Below, in pieces: positions 40,244-54,136 of a DNA stretch of 64,000 bases; the stretch's first letter is position 1; every line of letters begins with the position of its first letter. The stretch is from Eledone cirrhosa (Eukaryota). A program made the translations under genes and the position numbers. The DNA lies in assembly GCA_964016885.1 (NCBI GenBank), contig OZ024750.1, positions 17,608,001 through 17,672,000 of the forward strand. Reading direction: 5' to 3'. The notes under the pieces were generated by a model, which made no database searches, was not told where the DNA came from, and saw nothing but the letters and a program-made list of their open reading frames with translations.

Positions 40244-41455
40244 CACACGCACACACACACATACATGCACACACACATATACAGCACCCACACAAACATA
40301 TATCACCATCATTTTACATGTTTTCCCATGCTTGCATGTATACATACACATAGCTCTCAACATTGATGACAACATTGTATGTCGTCCATATGTTAATTGT
40401 TGAAAGAGGAAACATCTGTCTTAATTAAGTTGACTTAAATTTGTCCTGAGTAGTGGACATAAATGTTACTGTGCACTTAGCTTGACTTAAACGTTATATC
40501 CTAAATGGGTGGAGAAAATATATTTCTCTCTAGTGAAAGACACTGCCTGTGATTTTGAAATAAATTTAAAAACAATCAAGAATTTTGGGTGATTTTGTAA
40601 AATTATTAAGCTCGTGTTTGGAGCATAACTTAAAAGATCTGTACATAGAATTATGGTGAAAAGTCTTTAAATAAATATAAGTACTTTAAAAAAAAAGAGT
40701 TTTATATTGCAGAACTAAGGATGTTTTCTTGCAGTTTAGTATTAAAGTGCTTAAAACTCTAGTGAAATGGCAAGTGAAGTGCCAGACTATGTAGATTCTC
40801 GGCAGTATTAAATTTGGCACTACAGGTAAAATTCCATTATAACGAATTTTTGAAATTTGACCTGAGGTAAATATAGAAAATGATATGAGTCAACAAGGGA
40901 GTTTATACATGGATACTGAACCTGCTAGATATAGAAGCCAATTTTCTCCTAAAATCAATCTTGAATGAAGGGCCTGCATTCATATTTGGAAAATGTCATC
41001 TAATTCTATACAAACATATACATATATTTGTGTAAACACACACATATACACATACGTGGTGAAGACATAGAGCCTGGTGGTTAGGTTATGTAGTCAATTC
41101 CAGAACAGGACAGAAGATGGTGTTCTTGAGCAAGATGCTTCATTTCACATTTTTTCATGATAAGACTGGAGCACCTATCTTTAAAACACATGAGAAACCT
41201 CTGATGAAATGCAACTTCATGGGAGGTCAACTAAACCTACGTAGGTGTGAGCTGTAACAACAACATGATAGGACTGGGGCCCCTATCACTAAAACACCTG
41301 AAAAACCTCCTATGAGATCAAACCTCATCGGAGACCCGAAAAACCTCCTCACCAAGAAACCTTGGTGAGGTTGCCAGTTTAGTCGCCAACGACCCGACCA
41401 TGAGACAGGTTGTACTGGGATACATGTTACCAGTAGCACCAACTGGTGACCTGAC

Positions 41456-41488
<33 letters not shown>

Positions 41489-41675
41489 TACATATATAAA
41501 GAGTGAGAAAGAAATGTGCATGAGCGTGTATATAAATATATATACACATAGATATATGTTTACGTATGTATGTATAGGTGTATATATTCATACACACACA
41601 TATACATATATGTATATATATATATATATACTCTTTATATATATATATTAAATATTTATACTCTGCTATGTATTG

Positions 41676-42004
41676 TTTCATTTTACGTCCGCTTTTTTCC
41701 TGCTTGCAAGGGTGGAACGGGAACTGATTCTGGCTTGATTTCTACAGCAGGATGCCCTTCCTAATGCCAACCTCATTTACAGTGAGGGCTGGGTGCTTTT
41801 TTGCCGTGGCACCTCCACGACCACTTTACAGTGGAATGATAGGGACCCCAGTCCCTATCATCTCATTTCTACAGCTGAGTAAACTGGAGCAATGTGAAAT
41901 AAAGTGTCTTGCTCAAGGAAACAACACATCTCCCGATCCGAGAATTGAACTCACAACCTTTCGATTGCAAGGCCAATGCTCTAACCACTAAGCCATGTGC
42001 CTCC
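41676..42004 (-). mobile_element. SINE-B copy
   Basis: Reverse complement of 62880-63216. Confidence 0.9.
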
Positions 42005-42258
42005 ATTAATATATACATGCAGACACATAAAGCTTCTTCTCTCATGTCTAATATAATGGCCTGATATATCAATTATATAGTTAGGCACACTTTAGAACGG
42101 CACCACTCTTGAAAAGAAGTGGAGGAGAGGTGTACACACGTACACATATATACACGCACACATGCACACATGCACCCACTCACATACACACACACACACG
42201 GACATACACACAGACACGCACACACATACACAGACGTTCATTCATATTACCTCAGACT

Positions 42259-42289
<31 letters not shown>

Positions 42290-42739
42290 GTGTGAACAAA
42301 CAGATACATAACATATATATACTTTTATTTTATCACACACATACACACATACGCACATACACACACACATACATACACACACACATACATACATACACAC
42401 ACACATACATACATACACACAAACACACTCACTGTGTGAAAGAGAGAGGCAAGAGAAAACATGGGGAAAGACCTGTGAGGTGAGGGGCATGGTTGGAGTG
42501 GGGGTATTGTCAAGGGGAGGGGGAGGGTGTTGCCAAGGTGTAGGTGTATGGGGTGGAGGGGAATGTTGGCAAGGGGGTGAGGGTTAGTTACATCAGTTAA
42601 CAATTTCAAATCTTTCCACTTTATCAAGAAAGTCTGTAGGAATCTGATGGAGGAGGGAGGGGGGCTTCTTGAGTGTCAGTAGTAGTGGGGGGGGGTTAAT
42701 TGTGGTGGTGATCGGTGTGTGGGGGGGTATCAGTGGCAG

Positions 42740-44880
42740 TAGTGATGATGGTTGGTGGTGGTGGTGGTGGTGGTGATTGGTGGTGATGGTGATTGTTGGT
42801 GATGGTGATTGTTGGTGGTGGTGGTGATGGTGATTGTTGGTGGTGGTGGTGGTGGTGGTGATTGTTGGTGATGGTGATTGTTGGTGATGGTGATTGTTGG
42901 TGGTGGTGGTGATGGTGATTGTTGGTGGTGGTGGTGGTGGTGGTGGTGATTGTTGGTGATGGTGATTGTTGGTGATGGTGATTGTTGGTGGTGGTGGTGA
43001 TGGTGATTGTTGGTGGTGGTGGTGGTGGTGGTGGTGATTGTTGGTGATGGTGATTGTTGGTGATGGTGATTGTTGGTGGTGGTGGTGGTGGTGGTGGTGA
43101 TTGTTGGTGATGGTGATTGTTGGTGATGGTGATTGTTGGTGGTGGTGGTGATGGTGATTGTTGGTGGTGGTGGTGGTGGTGGTGGTGATTGTTGGTGATG
43201 GTGATTGTTGGTGATGGTGATTGTTGGTGGTGGTGGTGATGGTGATTGTTGGTGGTGGTGGTGGTGGTGGTGGTGATTGTTGGTGATGGTGATTGTTGGT
43301 GATGGTGATTGTTGGTGGTGGTGGTGGTGGTGGTGGTGATTGTTGGTGATGGTGATTGTTGGTGATGGTGATTGTTGGTGGTGGTGGTGATGGTGATTGT
43401 TGGTGGTGGTGGTGGTGGTGGTGGTGGTGATTGTTGGTGATGGTGATTGTTGGTGATGGTGATTGTTGGTGGTGGTGGTGATGGTGATTGTTGGTGGTGG
43501 TGGTGGTGGTGGTGGTGATTGTTGGTGATGGTGATTGTTGGTGATGGTGATTGTTGGTGGTGGTGGTGATGGTGATTGTTGGTGGTGGTGGTGGTGGTGG
43601 TGGTGATTGTTGGTGATGGTGATTGTTGGTGATGGTGATTGTTGGTGGTGGTGGTGGTGGTGGTGGTGATTGTTGGTGATGGTGATTGTTGGTGATGGTG
43701 ATTGTTGGTGGTGGTGGTGATGGTGATTGTTGGTGGTGGTGGTGGTGGTGGTGGTGATTGTTGGTGATGGTGATTGTTGGTGATGGTGATTGTTGGTGGT
43801 GGTGGTGATGGTGATTGTTGGTGGTGGTGGTGGTGGTGGTGGTGATTGTTGGTGATGGTGATTGTTGGTGATGGTGATTGTTGGTGGTGGTGGTGGTGGT
43901 GGTGGTGATTGTTGGTGATGGTGATTGTTGGTGATGGTGATTGTTGGTGGTGGTGGTGATGGTGATTGTTGGTGGTGGTGGTGGTGGTGGTGGTGGTGAT
44001 TGGTGGTGATGGTGATTGTTGGTGATGGTGATTGTTGGTGGTGGTGGTGATGGTGATTGTTGGTGGTGGTGGTGGTGGTGGTGATTGTTGGTGATGGTGA
44101 TTGTTGGTGATGGTGATTGTTGGTGGTGGTGGTGATGGTGATTGTTGGTGGTGGTGGTGGTGGTGGTGGTGATTGTTGGTGATGGTGATTGTTGGTGATG
44201 GTGATTGTTGGTGGTGGTGGTGATGGTGATTGTTGGTGGTGGTGGTGGTGGTGGTGGTGATTGTTGGTGATGGTGATTGTTGGTGATGGTGATTGTTGGT
44301 GGTGGTGGTGGTGGTGGTGGTGATTGTTGGTGATGGTGATTGTTGGTGATGGTGATTGTTGGTGGTGGTGGTGATGGTGATTGTTGGTGGTGGTGGTGGT
44401 GGTGGTGGTGATTGTTGGTGATGGTGATTGTTGGTGATGGTGATTGTTGGTGGTGGTGGTGATGGTGATTGTTGGTGGTGGTGGTGGTGGTGGTGGTGAT
44501 TGTTGGTGATGGTGATTGTTGGTGATGGTGATTGTTGGTGGTGGTGGTGGTGGTGGTGGTGATTGTTGGTGATGGTGATTGTTGGTGATGGTGATTGTTG
44601 GTGGTGGTGGTGATGGTGATTGTTGGTGGTGGTGGTGGTGGTGGTGGTGGTGATTGTTGGTGATGGTGATTGTTGGTGATGGTGATTGTTGGTGGTGGTG
44701 GTGATGGTGATTGTTGGTGGTGGTGGTGGTGGTGGTGATTGTTGGTGATGGTGATTGTTGGTGATGGTGATTGTTGGTGGTGGTGGTGATGGTGATTGTT
44801 GGTGGTGGTGGTGGTGGTGGTGATTGTTGGTGATGGTGATTGTTGGTGGTGGTGGTGGTGACGTGAGTGGTGGTGGTGGT
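42740..44880. repeat. Compound (GGT/GAT/TGT) trinucleotide satellite
   Basis: Visible directly; explains the spurious 741-aa ORF. Confidence 0.97.
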
Positions 44881-45202
44881 GACGTGTATGGTGGTGGCTG
44901 TGGGGGAGGTGATGGAGGCTTCTGTTTCTCTCATTGTTCTCAAGTGTGTCAACATGGAATAAACATTAGTGTGAGTGTATGTGTGGCCGTCTGTGTGTTT
45001 TTTGTGGTTGCTTCTTTGTGTGTGTGTGTGTAAAAATATAGAAATATGTTTATATTTTTTTATGTTGGTATGGGTTGTATTTGACCTTTTGAGGCAATTC
45101 TTTTATATCTGAATGCCCTTCCTTACACCAATCCTTTGCAAGGATATAGTATACCTATTCTGACCATATGTATTTATATATCATCATCATCATCGTTTAA
45201 CG

Positions 45203-45453
45203 GTTGATTTAAAACTGCACTATTCACAAGTGTTTTTTAACCTTCATATCATGTCTCCCTATTTTATCTGACGAAAACGCAAATGTCATCGCATGATGAT
45301 ATTTTTTTTTGAAATGCGCATAATAAAATACATGGAACTCTTTTAACCATCTTTTGATCTTATATATTATTTATACTCCAGTCCTACAAACTGTAGAGTG
45401 CTACTTATCCAATATCTGCATTGCTTTATTGTACTACAATAAAACTCACCTCC
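45203..45453 (+). mobile_element. Penelope-like terminal repeat, family 1, ending in (TA)n
   Basis: Homologous to both arms at 17271-17828; contains a hammerhead motif. Confidence 0.7.
45260..45330 (+). ncRNA. Type I hammerhead ribozyme motif, copy 2
   Basis: UAUUUUAU-CUGACGA-stem II-GAAA-UGCGCAUA|AUAAAAUA; predicted cut after 45322. Confidence 0.72.
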
Positions 45454-45515
<62 letters not shown>

Positions 45516-46409
45516 ATCATCATTTAACATCCATTTTCCACGCTAGCATGGGTTAGACGGGTTGTCCCATTAGAGACAAGTTGGGTCTCTAATGGGACAA
45601 CCCGTCCATGTCTTGCTCATATAGAACTGTTTCTGATTAATTTTAAGGTTTTGTTCTCAAAATAAATGACATCAAAATCTCTTAGATTCGATATCATGTG
45701 AGATAAAGCCTTTACTCTATAGTAAATATAGAGTAATGTAAATGCTGAAAGGTTAACCCTTTAGTATTTAAACCAGGCATATCCGGTCAGAATTCTTTCA
45801 CCTATTTCAAACCAGCTGTAACTAGCTACTTATACTGATGTTAAGGTATTGTTCTCAAAATAAATAAAATCAAAATATCATAGATTCGATATTATGTGAG
45901 ATATTATGTGAGATAAAGCCTTTACTGTGAAAATATAATAGTAAATATAGTGTAATGTAAATGCTAAAGGGTTAAACATCTATTTTCCCTGTGAGCAAGT
46001 GTTGGGCACACATGCACACACACACATGCACACACACACACATGCACATGCACATACACACATGCACACACACACACATGCACACACACATGCACACACA
46101 TATACTCATATAATTTTATACCATACCACCAGTATAACTGACATCCCTACCATCATTAACATCCACTACTTACCACCCACCACCACCACTACCCTTCCAT
46201 CTACTTAGCATCACCTCCCACCACCAACCACTATCATCACTATACACCCCCCTCTAAAACCACCTCCACCACTCAAACTGACCTTGATGCTATTGTCCTA
46301 TTATATATACTTTTATTGATGTGAGTTGTTGCTACTGTCGACTTGCAGAAAATTGGGACAAGCCTTTACAATGTGTGTTGTGTATATTGTGCATTATATC
46401 TGTGTAGCT

Positions 46410-47722
<1,313 letters not shown>

Positions 47723-47922
47723 NNNNNNNNNNNNNNNNNNNNNNNNNNNNNNNNNNNNNNNNNNNNNNNNNNNNNNNNNNNNNNNNNNNNNNNNNNNNNN
47801 NNNNNNNNNNNNNNNNNNNNNNNNNNNNNNNNNNNNNNNNNNNNNNNNNNNNNNNNNNNNNNNNNNNNNNNNNNNNNNNNNNNNNNNNNNNNNNNNNNNN
47901 NNNNNNNNNNNNNNNNNNNNNN
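47723..47922. other. Assembly gap (200 N)
   Basis: Run of N. The exon phases on either side are compatible, so order and orientation across the gap look correct. Confidence 0.99.
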
Positions 47923-48193
47923 TCCCTCTCTCTCTCCCCTTCTCCCTCTCTCTCTCTGACTCTCTCACAATTCATGCTCTACCTAGAGAAAGATGGGCCC
48001 CACCAGTTGTAAAACTCCCAAGAAATGCCATGTGTATGTACCATGCCCCTACAAACTCCATCAGGTGTTAATGGCCCTTTCATCTTCATTTTTACCTCTA
48101 CCTTTTACATTTGATATTTCTGTCCCTTGGTGATTATTGATTGATCTCTTATAGAATTATTATATTTATTATTGATCTTTGTATATTCTCCAG

Positions 48194-48307
48194 TTATCAG
48201 AACAGAGTGCAGCAATATCATGACTTTGATCCATTCTTCTCTGCTCCTCATCCATCCAATCCATGGATTACTGATGACATCACAGCCTGGACAGCAAGCT
48301 CTAACTG
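48194..48307 (+). CDS. R7 RGS exon (GGL C-half): YQNRVQQYHDFDPFFSAPHPSNPWITDDITAWTASSN(C)
   Basis: ttctccag acceptor and TG|gtaagc donor; 114 nt, phase 2 to 2. Contains the GGL signature DP...PSNPWIxDD. Confidence 0.95.
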
Positions 48308-48594
48308 GTAAGCTATCATAGATCCATTTGTTTGTGTGTGTCATATGGCAAAGTGGTTAAGATGTTTGCTACACAATCATTAAGTTCTTGAATTGCAAGC
48401 CTTGTACCTGGCAGTATCGGTAGAGGGTCGGACGCCATGCTTTGACGCATAGAGTTACGGCCCTTGCCATTCTGAGTTCAAATCCCGCCGAGGTTAACTT
48501 TGCCTTTCATCCTTACGGGGGTCAATAAAATAAAGTACCAGTAATGAACTGGATAAATTACTGGCCTTGTGCCAAAAGTAGAAACAATTATTAA

Positions 48595-48798
48595 CCCTTT
48601 AGCATTTAAACCGGCCATATCTGGCCAGAATTCTCTCACCTCTTTCTGTTCAAACCAGCTGTAACTGGCTACTTATACTGATATTAAGGTATTGTTCTCA
48701 AAATATATAACATTGAAATCTCATAGATTCGATATTATGTAAGATAATTATGTGAGATAATACAATAGTGTATATAGAGTAATGTAAATGCTAAAGGG
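48595..48798. mobile_element. piggyBac-like MITE (TTAA TSD); other copies near 26396-26600, 27293-27527, 45753-45977, 50654-50944 and 55912-56125
   Basis: ttaa-ccctttagcattta ... taaatgctaaaggg-ttaa. Confidence 0.85.
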
Positions 48799-49038
48799 TT
48801 AAGGCTGATTCATGTCGGGCAGCAGATTGGTAGAGTGTCGGACAACATGCTTTATAGCATTGAGTTACGGCCCTTTACATTCCAAGTTCAAATCCTGCCG
48901 AGGTTAGCTTTGCTTTTCATCCTTATGAGATCAATAAAATGAAGTACCAGTAATGCACTAGGGTCGATTTAATTGACTTTCCCCTCCCCCAAAATTTTTG
49001 ACCTTGTGCCTGAAACAGAAACCATTATTAAGTCTGAG

Positions 49039-49230
49039 GGCGGTGGATTGGCAGTGTCGGTAGAGGGTCGGACGCCATGCTTTGACGCATAGAGTTACGG
49101 CCCTTGCCATTCTGAGTTCAAATCCCACCGAGGTTAACTTTGCCTTTCATCCTTACGGGGTCGATAAAATAAAGTACCAGTAATACACTGGATAATTGCT
49201 GGCCTTGTGCCAAAAGTAGAAACGATTATT
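49039..49230 (+). mobile_element. Full-length SINE-A (tRNA head plus Meta/MESC-like core); further copies near 14009, 15880, 33220, 48408, 48820, 55340, 57990 and 59140
   Basis: A and B boxes, core gcctttcatccttacggggtcgataaaataaagtaccag, TSD ttattaagtctga. Confidence 0.92.
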
Positions 49231-49354
49231 AAGTCTGATTCAGTAACCTGTTGCTCTGGAGTTTTCCCCCAATATGTGACTGGTTCCTCAGACAGTCTAA
49301 ATGATAAAATTAATTTTATTCTATCTATTTATCTGTTTATATTTGTTGTTTTAG

Positions 49355-49648
49355 TGATCAACCAACTGAAAAACGGGTTAAAATGTGGAGTTTTGGCCTC
49401 CACGAATTGTTGTCAGACAGAGCTGGTCTTCTCTGCTTCGAATCATTTCTCAGGAAAGAGTTCAGCCATGAAAACATTCATTTCTGGTTGGCCTGCAAAG
49501 CCCTCAAGTCTTGTGCACAGTCTCAGGTGGCAAGTAAAGTGGAGAAGATCTTTGAGGACTTTCTCGCACGAGGGGCACGTTGTGAGATAAATATTGATTG
49601 CAAAACGATGGAGGAAGTACAGGTAAATCTCAAGAAGAAATTATCCAA
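49355..49648 (+). CDS. R7 RGS exon (RGS domain N-part): [47 protein letters not shown]...EINID...KKKLS(K)
   Basis: ttttag acceptor and AA|gtaagt donor; 294 nt, phase 2 to 2. RGS box motifs FLxxEFSxENxxFW and EINID are present. Confidence 0.97.
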
Positions 49649-50519
49649 GTAAGTTACATACATGTGTGGTTGTCATTGTATTCAGGTGTGGTTGTGATTG
49701 TATGTGTATATATGTATATGTATGTGTATATATGTATGTGTATATGTGTATGTGTATATATGTATATGTATGTGGATATATATATATATGTATGTGTACA
49801 TATGTATATGTATGTGTATATATGTATATGTATATGTATGTCTGTATATGTATATGTATGCATGTATATGTATGTATGTGTATATGTATATATGTATGTG
49901 TATATGTATATATGTATATGTATATGTATATATGTATATGTATGTGTATATATGTATATGTATGTGTATATATGTATATGTATGTGTATATATGTATATG
50001 TATATATGTATATGTATATATATATGTATATATGTATGTGTACATATATATATGTATGTGTATATATATATATGTATGTGTATATATATATATATATGTA
50101 TGTGTATATATATATATGTATATGTGTGTGTATATGTATATGTGTGTGTATATGTATGTGTATATATATATGTATGTATATGTATAATGATGATGTTAGT
50201 GGTGTTGATGATGATGATGACAATGTTAATGGTGGTAGTGATTATGGTAACGATGTTCATGATTATAGTGATGATGGTGATAATGATAATGTTGGTGATG
50301 ATTGTGATTATGATGTTGATGATAGTGATAATGATGATTATGATGTTGATGATTGTGATTATGATGTTGATGATAGTGATAATGATAATGTTGGTGATGA
50401 TAGTGATGATGATGATGTTGGTGATGATGGTGATGATGATGATTGTGATTATGATGTTGATGATAGTGATAATGATGATGATGATGTTGACATTGATGCC
50501 ATCTTGTCTCACCCTGTAG

Positions 50520-50648
50520 ATATACATTCGACCCTGCAGAAAGTCATATCTATACACTGATGAAAAAAGACAGCTATGCCCGATTCCTTCGTTCTGATGA
50601 ATACAAGACTTTACTTGCCAATGCTGTTCAACCAATCAGCAAAAAAAA
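50520..50648 (+). CDS. R7 RGS exon (RGS domain C-part): [42 protein letters not shown](K)
   Basis: ccctgtag acceptor and AA|gtaagt donor; 129 nt, phase 2 to 2. Contains LMxxDSYxRFLRS. Confidence 0.97.
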
Positions 50649-51217
50649 GTAAGTTAACCCTTTTTTATAGAGTATTTACATTACTCTATATTTATTATCC
50701 TTACGGAGTCGATAAAATAAAGTACCAGTAATGTACTGGGGAATTTCTGGCCTTGTGCCAAAAGTAGAAACAATTATATTTTTGTGGTAAAGGCTTTACC
50801 TCACATAATATTGAATCTATGAGATTTTGATATTATTTATTTTGAGAACAATACCTTAACATCAGTATGAGTGACCAGCCGGTTTGAACAGAAAGGTGAT
50901 AGAATTCTGGATGGATACGGCTGGTTTAAATGCTAAAGGGTTAAACAGTCTAATTCTCTCTCTCTCTCTCTCTCTCTCTGCTGGTATTACGGCTAAGTTT
51001 TGCTTCTGTTATTTGGGTTATTTATATCATATATGATGGACTTGCCGGCCACAAACATCAGATGGGGGGTCCAAGAAATATTACACATTATGTGCACCCT
51101 CGAACCCCATCCCTCCTCCCAAGACACAATTTTAGGTCTGCACACAACTGATCATGATGCCCCCATCTGCCGGCCTCAAAATCCGCAAGCAGGCTGAAAC
51201 AAGTTGACCTCCATCTT

Positions 51218-51254
<37 letters not shown>

Positions 51255-51413
51255 TATTTCGTTTCTGAATTTGTTTAGCAAGATTCTTTATCTGAAATCG
51301 TGTGTTGAAACCGATATTGTTATACTATTGTAAATTTATAAATATATAATAAATTGAAGTGAAAGCAACTGGTGCGTGTGTTTCTTATTGGCAACATGAC
51401 CCTCCCAAAGTAT

Positions 51414-51449
<36 letters not shown>

Positions 51450-53417
51450 TACCCCCGACATTCCCAGTCCTGGTTATTCGTGGAATTTCTAACTAAAACC
51501 TAACTAATAATTGTTCATGCAAACCACCACATATTCGCAGAATTGTAAATATCTTCTGCAATTTTTTATGGCTTTTTTTCGTGGCAATACATATCTTTTT
51601 AACACTAAATTATTAATAACAATATACCATATTTTCTAGCCTATTAGGCGCCCCTTTGTGTAAGACTGTCCCTCATCTTTTTATTATATTTTACGTTATA
51701 TTTTGACCTCTATTAGCATTTTTATGGACCACATCCAATATTCGCATTTTTTCACTCTTCATATGTGCTCTAGGAATGTAACCCATTAAATACCGGGGGA
51801 TAACTGTATATATATGTATATATATATATGAGTGTGTGTGGTAAAAGCTAACCTCACACAATTAGACCTATCATAGACACACAAGGAAGCAAATTGATTT
51901 TGTATTTTATCAAAAACCAAATCTGTATTTGAAATTAATAAACAAGAACTAAAATTGTTATATTTGGTAAAATTGAAGTATAAAACTATTTGGGTGTGGT
52001 TGCAAACCAATTTCTACCACCTCTGTTGATTTTATTGATTATATATTACGGATCTGATTATATTGATTATATAATACTGATCTCTTATTGAGACACAGCA
52101 TTAATCACTAATAGGAAATGGGAAACGCTACTGAATTGGTTTAACCCTTTCACATTATTTTTATTTTATTGATCCAAGTTAAGTTTGAAGTTTAACTAAA
52201 TCTGTATCATAGTCTCATCTTAGAATATAAGACCAATCTCAGTGGTGTAGTGGTGTGTGACAGTTTCATCTTAGAATATAAGACCTGTCTCAATGGTATA
52301 GTAGTATATGACAGTCTCAGTGGTATAGTAGTATGTGACAGACTTACTTTAGAAATAAGACCAGACTCAATGGTTTGGTGGTATGTGACAGACTGAATGG
52401 TATAGTGATATGTGACAGTCTAAACTTAGAATATAAGGCTCAGTCTAAATGGTATAGTGGTATGGAGAATTGTAACATTTTACTATTTCTCTCAACATGG
52501 CACTTTTTATTATAATGCTGGAGTTCCTTCAGTCTTTTTCTTGGGCCCTAAACTTCTGATGGAGTGGTAAGGGCACCACTGTGACATATGGCATGTATTA
52601 GTTAAGCTCATCTCTCTCCAACTGATTTCATATTTTACTTCTTAGAGAGCAAGAGAGAGAGATATCAAATGTAAAAGGTAAAGATGAAGAGTCATTAACA
52701 CCTGGAGTTGTAGGGGTATGGTACTGACACATGGCATTTCTTGGGTATTTTACACCTGGTAAGGTCCATCTGTCTCTAGGTAGAGCAACATTTGTATGAG
52801 AGATAGAGAGAGAGAGAATATGAAGAAAATTTGACACCAGTACTACTTTATCGATCTCTGAAAAGATAAAATACAAAATTGACCATGGCAGTATTTGAAC
52901 TTAAAACAGAGAGAGACAGAAAATACAGCCAAGATATTCTAGCAGATGTTCTCATGATTCTGATCATTTTCTTTGTTGATATTAATGTTATGAAGGCTGA
53001 AATGTTGAAAACAATCAGGAATGATACTGAATTTAGTCAAAACTGGATATTTTTAAAACAAAACCATGACACTGAATAGTTTAAAGCAAGAAGATAAAAA
53101 CTGTTACAATATTGAATTTGTGGGAGGGAAAATTGATTAAAAAAACAAGTTAGAATATTGAATTGTGTAAAAGAAAAAATAGATTGCAATATTTGATTTG
53201 TGTGGAAAAAAAAGAGCATTAAAAACAATCACGATATTGAACATGTGTAAAAGTGCATTAAAAAGACCATTCCAATATTGAACATGTGTAAAAAATAAAA
53301 GGTGAATTTAAAAAATAATTACGATATTGAACTTGTGTAAAACTGTAACTTAAAACTAATTACAATATTCAACATATCAAAGTGGAGTTTAAAAACCACC
53401 ATTGAACATTCAATAAT

Positions 53418-53605
53418 TGTTTCTACTTTTGGCACAAGGCCAGCAATTATCCCAGTGCATGACTGGTACTTTATTTTATCGACCCCATAAGGATGAAAGG
53501 CAAAGTTAACCTCGGCGGGATTTGAACTCAGATCATAAAGGGCCGTAACTCTTTGCTGCAAAGAATGGCGTCCGACTCTCTACCGACACTGCCAATCCAC
53601 CGCCC
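53418..53605 (-). mobile_element. SINE-A with 16-bp TSD
   Basis: ttgaacattcaataat on both sides. Confidence 0.92.
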
Positions 53606-53842
53606 TTGAACATTCAATAATGATTATGGTATTGAATATTTAGAAACTGTAGTTTAGAATTGACTGCCTTGCATGTCATAATTTCTGAAACAGTATAGAG
53701 TAGAGGACCCTTTAGTCATGCAAAGGGTATGACAACATCTCTAGTGTTGGTGCCATGATAAAATACACCCCATGTACCCTGTTAAGTGGTTGACAAATAA
53801 TAAGAAGCTGTAGGGTAGAGAAGATTCTTTAGTTTTGTAGAA

Positions 53843-54136
53843 CAGTGGTCTCCAACCTTTTTTATATCACAGACCAGCTTCATACTGGAGAATCTTTCTG
53901 CAGACCGATAGTTGCACATATGTGTTAAGTGCATTTCGATAAAGAGAGCAATAATAAAAAGTGCAATTTATTAAAGTAAATGAATATTGAATATTTAAAC
54001 AAATCTTTTTAAATTAAAGTCCAATATTCAATTTATCTATTATATAATTTTAAATAAGTTAATTTTTTCATTGTGGCCCAGTAGCAAATGATCCACAGAC
54101 TAGAACCATCCACAGCCTGATGGTTGGGTACCTCTG
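53843..54136. mobile_element. hAT-Charlie-like MITE
   Basis: cagtggtctccaacc ... ggttgggtacctctg; 8-bp TSD ttgtagaa/ttgtagag. Confidence 0.8.

Noticed and set aside
41195-41230. CTGATGA and GAAA words as a hammerhead
   Set aside because: The order is wrong; CTGATGA is part of a hairpin arm of the satellite-like unit.
42730-44955. 741-aa His/Pro/Thr-rich ORF, and the many YI/CV/HT ORFs in the track
   Set aside because: These are translations of simple repeats lacking stop codons, with no splice or domain support.
49622-49628. Internal donor CAG|gtaaat in the RGS exon
   Set aside because: It is phase 0 and would frameshift the next exon; the donor at 49649 keeps the RGS domain in frame.
51447-51807. 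Possible pogo/Tigger-like MITE
   Set aside because: The terminal inverted match is too weak, and there is no second copy in the window.
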